Source of the DNA: Asterias rubens
Lineage: Eukaryota
Reading direction: 5' to 3'
Length of the DNA stretch: 64,000 nucleotides
NCBI RefSeq assembly: GCF_902459465.1
Contig: NC_047064.1
Span: 11,904,001-11,968,000, forward strand
The notes under the pieces were generated by a model. That model saw only the letters and a list, made by a program, of their open reading frames with translations. It was not told the origin of the DNA and searched no databases. Made by a program: the position numbers and the translations under genes. Below, in pieces: positions 35,101 to 47,100 of the stretch. Within the stretch, counting starts at the first letter, position 1; the number at the start of each line of letters is the position of its first letter.

Positions 35101-38100
35101 TTTATAAATCAAGGCGGTTAGGCGGCTTCACTAAATGTCCTGATTGGGTCGTCATCACCGCTGGTGGTGGAGTACTCGATGGTGGGGACAACTCCACTCT
35201 GGAGAAGTGGATGGAGGAAACTGCTGCATTGGAGTAGGAAGTACTGTCTGCGTTGTTACATCAGAGGCTGGAGACAGTAGTGCATCTGGGTCGGGTGTTT
35301 GAGGGGTGTGGTCTGGTGTGGGGACGAGAGCTGATCGATTTCGGCGAACTGTGCCAAGATGGCTGGGATGATTTAGCGAGGATGGTCTCTTGGCGGTTCT
35401 GGTCTCGGATCCAAACTGAGTCACCAGGGTGTAGTGTTGGTAGAGTCGTAGCACGGTGACGAAGATTGAAGTTGTGCTGTTGCTTTGTGCGTTACGCTTC
35501 TTCTTTCTGTCTGATCGTCTGGTCCTGTTGAGCTTTCGGATGTAGATTTGATGGAAGGATAGGCAGGGTTGTCTTTAGTTTCCTGCCCATCAATAGTTCG
35601 CTTGGGGACAGGCCATTTTGAAGTAGGGATGAGCGATACATCAGAAGGGCGAGGTACGGGTCTGTGTTCTTCTTAAGCAGCCCTTTGATCGTGCGAACTG
35701 CTCTCTCGGCTTCCCCATTTGCCTGTGGGTTCCGTGGGGAACTAGTTGTGTGGATGAATCCATACGTCTTTGCAAACTGGAGGAATGAGGCTGAGCTAAA
35801 TTGTGGCCCATTGTCGGACATAATCACATCTGGGATTCCGTGTACTGCAAAGATTTCCTTCAAGGCTTGGATCACAGCAGCTGAGGTTTGGACAGATGAG
35901 AGAGACTTTATTTCTATCCAGCGTGAATAGTAGTCAATGACGATGAGGTAGATTTTCCCCCGATACTCAAACAAATCCGCTCCCAGTCTTTCCCAGGGGC
36001 GTGACGGGAATGATGCTGGCATAAGAGGTTCACGCTGTTCTGGTCGATGCTTTGCACAGGTCACACATTTGGAGATCATGTCTTCAATACTCTTGGAGAG
36101 ACCAGGCCACCAAACAGATGTGCGTGCTCGGGCTCGGCATTTAGTGATACCAAGATGGCCTTGATGGATACGATCAAGTATATCCAATCTCATGGATCGT
36201 GGGATAACAATGCGATCATCATACAGAAGAAGATCATCGAGGATAGAGAGATGACTTCGGTTTTCCCAGTACTGGCGCAGTAGTGTGGAGTGTGTGGCAT
36301 GTATACGGGCCAACCGCCAATGCAGAACTCCTTTATCTGTGTGCATTCCTCGTCTGATTTCTGTGCTGCAGCTATTTCGAGTAGACGTTGCGAAGTTGCT
36401 GGTAGTGAAGTCAAAACGTGATTACAGAAATTCTCTATTTTGGATATCAGAGCTGTGTCGGTTTCATCTGGTGTACCAACAGGAGCACGGGATAGTGCAT
36501 CAGCAGTAGTCTGGAGCTTGCCGGGAACATACTCAACAGTCGGACTAAATCTCATCAATCGAAGACGGAACCAAAGAATACATGGGGGCATCTTGGAAAG
36601 TTCCTTTGTCTGAAGGAGAGACACAAGTGGTTTGTGGTCTGTCTCAAGAGTGAAGTGGAGACCGAGGACATAGTCAGAGAACTTTTCACAACCCCAGGTT
36701 GCAGCTAATGCTTCCTTCTCGATGACTGCATGTCGCTTCTCCGTGTCAGATAGAGAACGCGATGCGTAGCAGATTGGGTGACGTTTCCAATTGTCTTGAG
36801 TCTGAAGCAGAACGGCGCCAATTCCAGATGAAGAAGTATCCGTGGCTACAAAGGTTGGACGGGATGGTTCATAGTGAGCCAGGACTGCAGATGAGAGAAG
36901 TAGATCTTTCACTCGTTGAAAAGAACTCTGCTGGGCTTCCCCCCAATACCAGATTGTGTCTTTCCTGAGCAACTGGCGTAATGGCTTGTTAATCTCTGCC
37001 AAACCAGGGACAAATTTGCCGAGTTGGTTGACCATTCCCATGAATCTCTGAAGCTCAGTGATGTTGGATGGGACAGGATATTCTGCGATGGCTGTAGTTT
37101 TGCCTTTATCTGCGTGAATCCCTTCTGTGTCTATCACGTGGCCCAAGAACTTGATGGAGTGTTTGGAGCAGTTGAAGCAATATCGGCCTGAAGGACTCCA
37201 GTAGTCGCTGTTACTTGTGACTTCACCAAGGAATGGTAAATCATCGTCGAAAGAATCCTGGACTTCATGTACCTTTGTGGTGTTGCGTTTGGATGTATTT
37301 CCACTTAAGCATACTGGCTTGAAATGTCCTGGTTTTGAGCAGGTGTCACATACAGCATCTTTCGCTGGGCAGTCACGACGGGGATGGCTTGTTCTTCCAC
37401 ACCATCTACAACTGCGTGACTTTGAATCATGTTCGTGGGTGTACTGTTTGGTGCGAGGCTGTCCCTTAGGTTTCGCAACATGATCAACGCTAGAAGAAGT
37501 GGCCATGTCACCACATACTATGTCACGACTATCCTTTCTAGCTGCAGACTGGCGGCATATCTGGACTGCTTTGGTCAGATTGAGATCAGCTTTGGTTTGA
37601 AGAGAGTCAGACAGTTTATCATCTAGTACTCCCACAACGATTCTATCTCTGATGAGGCTTTCTTCAAGATCACCATATTGACAATTGTCAGCCAGTCTAA
37701 ACAGATCTTGGATAAATATGTCGATTAATTCATTTGGCAGCTGTTTACTTCGATTAAATCGAGCCCTCTCGACGATCACGTTGCGTCTGCTTTCATAATG
37801 CTTATCGAGAGCTGCCTAAACTTCAACATATGTGGCCGTTTCCTCTTTAATACTGAGTGCCACAATGATATCGTCGGCACATTCCCCCATAGAATACAAC
37901 AGAGTGCTCACCTGTTCCCGGTCGCCTTTGATGTTGAGGCTGGAGGCGATTCAATAGCGCTCGAATCTGTTGACCCATTTTTGCTAAAGTTCACTCTGGT
38001 GTGGTCCGTTTCCACCTTCAAACTTGCCTGGCAAGGGTAAATGGGTTCGTGGGGCGTTTTCCATGTCAGATGTGGGTCTTGATAACCGCTGCCACCATGT

Positions 38101-41100
38101 AATATTCGGGAATAACTGGAGAGTATTCGAGACAAGATGTCTGCCTTTATGAGCATGTTTACATGTGCTTTAATATGAACACTTGAGGACGTTATAACAA
38201 CAGTGCGGAGGCATTATCCTACAATACGGTTATTGTGAAATGCGCTATATATAGTATTGGTTATTATTATGATTATTATTAAACTTAAAGCAATTGAACA
38301 CTTTTGGTAAACAGTATTGTCCAAGGCCCACAATTCGTGTATCACAACTTATATATAAAATAACAAACCTGTGAAACTTAAGGATCAATCGATCATCGGA
38401 GTCTGGAGAAAATAACGGGAAAACCCATCCTTGTTTCCGCACGTTTCGCCATGTCATGACATGTGTTGAAAATAAACCGTAAATCTCGATACTGATAATT
38501 GATGTTGTTTTAATGTTTTCTCAAAAAGTTAAGTATTTCGTGGAATAATATTTCCTTCTGTAAACCCTGTAAGTTATTTGTAAACCTGTGAACTTTTAAA
38601 ATTGTTTCTGTTCCAAAAGTGTCCAATGGCTTTAACTTTGTACATGTACAACTAGTAATTTCTCTAAACCAATTCACTTTGTGACACTAACAAATTGATT
38701 CTGTCATTGATATATTAGGGGTGGGGAAAGTTTTCCTGAGAACCGGCCAACTATTATTGCTGTTGGGATGCAGATTCTGAAGACCAAGACCCTTTCAAGA
38801 ACCCTTTAAGACGCCTCAATCTGACCATCAACCTGAATGTTGTCCATGATTCGTACCCACCTCTCTCCTACGATTTCCTGTACAGAATAAAGGTACTTTC
38901 TTTGTTTTTGCAATAAGTTATTTCAAAATATTTACAACATGACATAACATTACACCCATGTTAGAATATCAAGCAACAAAGCCAATATCCAGAAAAAGAG
39001 CTTCACATTATAAAGCCAGTTTGGGAGACTACTGCAACTAGTGTCATAGTCGCAACTATTGATTGCTTATTCGTGTCGCCAAGTCGCTATGACTACTACA
39101 AAAATAGTTGCAACTACCTGCTTGGTTAACCAATTGTGTCGTTCAAGACTATTCACGACAACAACATAGTTCACTTACGAAACACAATCAGACATCATAA
39201 CCTTTTTAAAACATGTTTGGTTTTTATTTTGTTTTCTTTTTGTTTAGATAGAGCTCTTCTTCAAAAACGCAAGAGAGGGACCCACAGAAAACTAGTATCC
39301 AAACATATTTAAGTATCCAAACATGTTCAAGTCGGTTTGATACCAGTGTCTTCTTGGTTCTTGCCTGTTTTTCTTCTCAAAAATACTCTATGGAAGAGTT
39401 TTGACATTCATCATATCAGAGGAGAGGAAAACTATTATTAATGAGGGGTGAAGGGGAAATAATTATTTTAATATTTATATTTAAATAATCATTTATTGGT
39501 CATCTTTGTAACATTAAAGTTATTGAAATTGTTTAAACACCAAACTAATAAAAGGATGGTTAATGTTTTTGCCAAAAAATTACAAAACTTGGTAACTCTA
39601 TTTTAAAAAATAACTCAAAACAAACGATAGGTCAATTAGTAGTACATGTGTTGAACATATCATTTTTATCGAGTTATATTTTAAATAGTGTTACCCTATC
39701 CAACAATTTAAATGGTTCTGTAAATCTTTTTGAAAGAATATCATTACGTGCAGTGATTTTAAACAACTCCAATATTTTTTTTGTTTCCCTGTATTACTTG
39801 ACAAATATAGGTTAGAAAATCAAAAAATTGAAAATATGTGTACCAATATCTCAAGCAAGTTTGCCAATTTATCCACGCATTTACTGTTACTTTCAAGTAT
39901 TTCTCTTTAACCATTGCAAATCCTGTCAACTTAATTAAATAAATCAAAATATGTTCTCAAATTAGTTTGGTAACTTGTTCTTTTGATAAACTTTGTGATA
40001 ACCATTACATTTCATCCTCCGAAAGCTAAGTTTACATAATATCGTCATGTAGATATAAAACAATTCTTGATCATTTTTTTATAAATATTTGCTGTGAAAT
40101 TTTTGGTTGGGTTCAACTTATTTGTTTGTTGCAGCAATAAATAAAAGAATGTTTATAGGTGAAAGGGAAAGTTCATTAAAAAAGTTAATTTAATTTAATT
40201 TGACTTGTCTTTTGTGTATACAAATTTTAATTCTGTTTTGACTTGGGAGGTAAAATAAAGTTTATAATGGAGAAACAAAAACTCAGGATTGATTTGTGAA
40301 ATGGATTAGGGTCTGTTGATCGGAACCTACGATTGGCAAATAAATTATTTAAGACGACAGTTTTTACTGAAGTTGTATTTTGTGGTTGCACTGGTTTTTT
40401 TATGAACCCCCAAAATCTTGACAAATTTAACCGTTTATTTCCCATAAAAACGTGAGACTTATTTAATAATAGTACAATAACAAAAGAGAATTGTTGTAGC
40501 CCCTTGCCAGGCCTCACGGCCCTTACCACTGAAGTAAACAATATTTTAAAAAACAACACAAAATATAGAAACGGCAGTTTAAAAACCACAAGAAATGTAA
40601 AAAAAAAATTAAGCTAAACAAAACCACCAGGAGCAAAACATTCTTTAAAAATTAGTTACTTAAACTAAATAAAATAAATAAAATAAAAATATATCATAAA
40701 CCCCAAAATACTAGAGTATTAAATTTAAAGTAGAACGCAGGCCTAATTGTAAACCAATGGCTGATGAAGGTGTTTTTCATTTATTTTCTGTTGAAAAATA
40801 GAATGCAGTGTCTTTCGGGAAACACTGAACCCTTGTCGCTGCCAAAGGATAGCGCAGGCTCCTACCAGTGCAAAACACATTGTGCCGGGGCAGTTGATTA
40901 ACTTGCAAAAATAAAATACTGACCCACGCCATCAAAATCGAGTGCGAAAGCGCAACTTTCAGATTTGAGCAACTTGAAATGAGGCGTAACTTTTCGTGAA
41001 ACTGATGGATTTGAACCATAAATTAGTGGCCCAAACTTACGCCATAAATGTTGGGCTAGTGGACTTACACCATTGTAAAGTTTCATGAAGTTGGCTGCAA

Positions 41101-44100
41101 ATGTGTCACTAAACCCTTCAGAAACTCCATGTACGCTGATTTTATCTCAATTTTCATCACCAGAGTTATCCATATTAGACATGCTTGCTTGTGAACTACA
41201 TGTGTGTATTCTGTAGGCAGCGGTCAAAGCGTGTGTGATCACCTCGTATAATGCTTCAATATGGTGTGTCTGCAGTGTACGTGGTGTGAGTCTGGGTGTT
41301 AGACACAGTCAGTCGTTTGTATTCGTGTAAGTGCCATCATGTGGCAACAATTGTGACCTTGGCCTTTTCAGATTTGCAGCACACAGGCTTTTCAAAAAAT
41401 AGATTTTTGTTGGATTTTGTCGATTCATTAATTCAACAGTAAGTACTTTAATGTTATCAATGTTATATCAGCTACTAGTTTTGAAAGCGGATTTAAATTG
41501 GAATTTCATAGTCACTGTTAATGCACTTTAAAGCCATTATACACTTTCTGAACAGAACAAAAATTAAAAGTTCACAGATTTACAAATAACTTACTGGGTT
41601 TACAGAAGGTATGGTGAAAGACTTCCCTTGAAATATTATTCCATGAATTGCTTTACTTTTTGAGAAAATATTAAAACAATGATCAATTCTCGATATCGAG
41701 AATAACTGATTTATTTTAAACACATGTCATGACACGGCGAAACGCGCGGAAACAAGGGTGGGTTTTCCTCTATTTTCTCCCGAATCCGATGACCGATTGA
41801 GCCTAAATTTTCACAGGTTTGTTATTTTATATATAAGTTGTGATACACGAAGTGTGGGCCGTTGGACAATATTGTTTACCCATGTTGTGCGATTGCTTTA
41901 AGACACATTTGTGTAAGGGAAGAAAAAACAAGTTATATATAAGCTTTGAATGTTTGTGACAATGTTCTTGCCTCATTAGCCATACTAATATTTATTTACT
42001 TCGTCGTCGTCGTCGTCCTATGAGTCATGGCTGACCCTTTGTGACCCTGGTTATGATGGAGTTCCACTTCTGTCTATCCAGTGCAGAACGATTCTGTCTG
42101 TCCAACAAAGTTTTTGACGGCCAAGTGCGACTACCTGCAACACATCCTTGCACAAAGACCTTTTCAAGGTTGTCCCCTCTTCTGGATATTATTTACTTAC
42201 CTGACCCAAATTGACCTCTCATTTCAGTCCAAACAGGAACTTCCAACAAACAAATTTTTTTTACACGAATTTGAAAAATGGTTCAATTTCAAATGTGAAA
42301 CACTTTGGATTCTTGTCGAAGAAATTTGGTATAATTTAAAATGCACTCCTTGCATCAAATTAGATGTGTGTAAATGTGGTTTTGGTAAGTTTTAAATATT
42401 TGAAATATATATTGTAGTTAATGCTATTATACCGTGTCAAATGTAAGTGATTTGAACAAAATCAGAGAAGCAACTTTTGTCACTATACATGTAGTTATCA
42501 ACATTATCAGAATACCATTGTGATCATACTTGTGGACAAACACTCGGTGTCTCACTATTATAAAAAGTTAACAATGGCTTTCATATTGATTATAAAGGCA
42601 TATATTTTTTTTCCACAATGTACAGTGTGAAACAAAAGAGACCTCTAAAAGTACAGCCAATATATTTTCACCAGAGAGTGGCATTCAACTATCAAGTGAT
42701 TCAAGTTCATGTGATATCCAGACAGACACACATGGGTAAGATACAGATAACGTTTCAGGTAGGGTTTTACCTTTAATAACCATGTTTTCCTGCATCAAGT
42801 CACAAAACATGTGGATTGACAGTGTATTTTTTTTAAAAGTACAACAAACGGTTATCTAATTTATTAATGCATACTTATGGCAGGAGGAGTCTATGATTCC
42901 AACATTGTACCTAACATTTTGAATATTTGTCTACTGATGATGACTAGAGCAAGCTAGTTGAAATCGTTGAGACCAATGTAGGGTGTCATGGCCGAGCGGA
43001 TAAGAGCACCAAACTCAAGCTCTGGTGCTTCTGTTCAGCAGAGTGTGGGTTCAAATCTCGGTCGTGACACTTGTAGAACGTTTAATTTTAGGGGTGCCAA
43101 GGCTTGGAACAACTTGCCGCTTAATCTGAAATCTCTGCAGCCAATAGAACTCAAGCTATTTTAAAATCAACTCAAACAGCTCAGTTAGTCCCATTTTTAC
43201 TGACATTTTTTATCTCATTTTTACTGGCATTTGTTATTACTCTATTGTGGTTCATCTGTTTATTTTGTATTTGGTTGAGTGTTTTTAATGGATGTGTATT
43301 TTTGTTCCCCTTTATTTTTCTTCGTCCTATTTAAAAATGCTATTTTGTAGTTTATGTGTGCTTGGATCTAGTGTTTTTTAAATGATTGTGCAATGTTTTA
43401 CTGTGTAAATTTTTAATCTTTTATCTTAAGTGCACTTCTGTAGATTGTTATTAGCTGGGATCCATGGGAGATCAGTGAGTTTTTCTTACTGAATGGATCA
43501 AGAAATAAATAAATAATAAATAAATAAATACTGACGAGCCTGTATCAAGTAAAAACTCCACATTAACACCATGAACATCACCATGAACAAAGGAGACTGG
43601 AGACTGGGCCTTAAAATTTACTGGGGACTGGGCAGTGGCCTCTTTATCAGTCCACTGTCGTTTCCCTTATCCGAAGAGACTGGCAATACTGGGCATGTTT
43701 TGAGTCGCTTGACCAAGTAGGGGACACTGTGCTCTTCTGTGTCCTACTTGCTTACACTCCCAACGAGGAAAAGGAAAACTGCGTGAAGTGTTGCGGTTAG
43801 GGTTGGGTGTTAGTGCCCTTTTTAGCTCGCTTAATGTCTGTTCTATTGCTCTAAGCTTGTTTTCTAATTTTGATTTCACTTGGGTGCTTCGTTGTGTTAA
43901 TGAATTAGCCGTGTGCGGATTAGTAGTGGCCACAAACTGTTTAGGGAGACGGTCTTTACTATACTCCAGTTGAAGGAATGGCTTCTCCTCTGGAGCCAAA
44001 GTCAGTGCTTCACCTTAATTTTGGGGCTTTGCACGTCCAACCTGTGTTCTTACATCAGGTACATGTAAGTCAAGGGTCTCTATGAACTGATCCCTAGCCA

Positions 44101-47100
44101 TCTCTTCCCAGAATTCACTAGAGCCACTAGGAAAAGCCTTCATAACCAATCTTTGAATACCACTAGCAAGCTGTTGTATGGACTCTCTTTTCTAGGACTC
44201 TAAGTTGAGCTCTGAAAAGACCTACTTGTCCCCAAGGACAAAATTGTTCTTTGAGAGCACGTACAAGTTTGGTGTAACTGTGTTTCATTGCCTAGGGCAA
44301 ATATGTATAAACCTGTAATGCTGGGCACCCTAAAATTCACAACAAGAAATCTAGTTTTCTGTGTAATGTTCCAACCATTAATCTTACTATTCTATATGAC
44401 TAAGTCAGTCTTCAAATGGTGGTTTTCCATCATAATTGTCAGGCTGGACAACAGGTTTTGTTACTTATTGTTCAACCAAACTGGGTGAACTTGTGAGTAT
44501 CACTTATATTAGTATTAGTTGGTGTACAGGATGTACAGGAATCTGTTCACACCCACTCAAACTTTGAGTTTGGCCTGGCAGAGAAAAACTAACTCAAGAT
44601 GTTTGCGTTGATACGTCATTCTCTGGCGTATCAACACTAATATGTTCTGTTGTTATCATCTGCATTTCTACCTTGGGCACCACCGAATCTACCTGTGGGG
44701 AAGAACATGTGACTGGAGTATATTAGACTATTTCCCACGGGCAAAGGGGCGGAACCCGTTCCAGCCTAACATGTCCAGATAACGCTTCATCTAGTTCTTT
44801 TTCTAGCATTCGTAATGTACGGCTCAACTGGTCAATGACATCATATCCTCCTGAGGTCATAGCAAGAACTCTTTTTGTGTTTTTTGTGTTTTTATAAATC
44901 TCACCGCTGCCACCAAACACTGTAATGGAACCCTCTGGAATTTCGCCAGTCGTGGATTTATTTTAAAAAATGGCCAGATAAATTACCAAAAGAAAAATGA
45001 ACAAGCCAATTCTTTTTGAACTCGTAACGATTCAAAAGTTTCCAGTTGTCGTCACGGTAATTTCTTTGCGACTTTTTATTCAGCTAACAAAAAAACTTCC
45101 AAATCTCAATAAAAACGGGAGGCAGTATGGACTAAAAATCAATGAATGCCGCTATTTTGACCAAACCATTGAACCTTACACTTAATTCACCAGAATAAAC
45201 AGGAGAGGAACCCCAAATTCCTTCCAGTGTATCTCCTGTACATGCAGCAATGTTACAAGAATTAAGTTTGGGTTAAAACTAGGCCGAATCGTCTGTTGAA
45301 TTTGGAGGGCTAAAAAAGCCTGTAGCACACAACAACTTTCCCCCAAATTATACCCCAAAAATGTTTCCCTGCCGCATGACACAGAAAACAATGTATAAGC
45401 ATATATGAATTAAGGCACTACAAAATGGAGTGGCATGGCTGAAACGTACCCGGGGTATGAAGAAATACAAATGTAAACTTACTAAGGCGCGGCTATACAC
45501 TACACATCCTACATGTACACCAAGTAGAGGCAAGCATATGTCACCACATGAAAACCCAGCCATAAAAACACTGACTTGGAATTCAGACATGATGCTCACA
45601 CCCTGGTGACCCAGTCACAAGTCCTTAATGTGAAACTGAGCACAATGTTTTATACCAAAACTAAAGTCAGCTGATAGTGGATTCAAATTCACTAATATAA
45701 ATCACAAAGCATGAGAAATGAAAATAGGGTCTTTAAACTTTCTGAGACCAAGGTAAACACAATGTACGTGTATAAAGAAAGAACACTAAAGGCTCAGCTA
45801 CTGAATGAACGTATGTAGCCATGGTGTAGCTTATCATTAGTAAAATAGCTTATCATTAAAAAAAAAAAAAAAAACTTAGCAAAGCATGACTCCCTCTGGG
45901 GCGTGGCATGCTACATTCTTGCACACTAACCCGTGTTTGTTGCAATACACACAAAAAGGTCTGACTAGGGTCATCTGGTTGGTCAGCTATGGGCAGCCAA
46001 TTCTAGCAAAACAAACCCACCACAACAACATACAAGTTAAAATATGATGTACAGCCAAAAGGGCAAAAATCACCCAAACTAACTTTTGTTACAACATGCC
46101 CAAGTAATTGGTTCTTAGCAGCCACTATTTCCTGATGAAAGCAAATAGCTATGCCTGTGCACCAACAGCATTGGACTCCATACAGTTGTATTACCAAAGG
46201 TAGGGATCGAGGAGGTGGGTGAAAAAAAGGTTCACAAACATGCATGTAAGCTGTGGCAATGTAACAATAAACTTGCATGTAAGCTGTGGCAATGTAACAA
46301 TAAACTTGCATGTAAGCTGTGGCAATGTAACAATAAACTTGCATGTAAGCTGTGGCAATGTAACAATAAACTTGCATGTAAGCTGTGGCAATGTAACAAT
46401 AAACTTGCATGTAAGCTGTGGCAATGTAACAATAAACTTGCATGTAAGCTGTGGCAATGTAACAATAAACTTGCATGTAAGCTGTGGCAATGTAACAATA
46501 AACTTGCATTTAAGCTGTGGCAATGTAACAATAAACTTGCATGTAAGCTGTGGCAATGTAACAATAAACTTGCTACTGCTCATGTAACTTTCGCTGCTCA
46601 GTTACAAGACCAATCCTTATTGGTCAAACAATCCAAACCAAACAATTTCTTAGATTCAATATTTCCATATTATAAATAGCTTCACAGGTGACAGACTATT
46701 CATATGAATCCTGAACGAACACCACATGTAACCATGTAAGCCATTAAGGAAAACTTAACTGACACCAAGTCTCACTGTGATTGACAAGAGCTAACCCCGG
46801 CGTGAACTACAGGAGATTCATGTGTGTCATGTATAGAGCATGTGACCGTTTACTCGATAAAGCAAATTACTGTCATCCTTTCTCCAGTAGACGATCAGAG
46901 CATACTGATGGAAACGTCAAGTTGAAACCAACGGTTCTTTTCAGAACCACCCCAACTCTTTAGAGATAGTCATTACGTGATGTTACCGCAGACCTTTCCA
47001 TATCCATACTGTCATCCTTTCAAAACTCATTTCAAATGTTATTTTTTGTGTGTTTTACTCCATTTTTCTTTCCAAAAAATGTAGTTAAATATTACTTTCG

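Larger units (their letters stand above)
34667..38223 (-). mobile_element. Gypsy (Mag-like) LTR retrotransposon, internally deleted
   Basis: TG..CA LTRs at 34667-34793 and 38098-38223 (9 substitutions, 1 indel). ATACG target-site duplication. PBS TGGTGGCAGCGG (tRNA-Leu-like) and PPT GGGGGGAGA. Gag with two CCHC knuckles, RNase H (ATDTSSSGIG), and integrase (HQGH..C..C, GADLF, SDNGPQF, NGEAERAV). Confidence 0.96.

Noticed and set aside
39248-39294. Additional host exon (RALLQKRKRGTHRKL)
   Set aside because: The acceptor is plausible but the donor is weak and the phase would break the 33170-to-41372 chain; left out pending RNA data.
42980-43054. tRNA genes (also at 16250-16320, 34380-34450 and 60250-60323)
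   Set aside because: A/B boxes are present but there is no complete cloverleaf, and each runs into a SINE body or core.
46003-46679. Repetitive ORFs on both strands
   Set aside because: Products of the 33-bp minisatellite.
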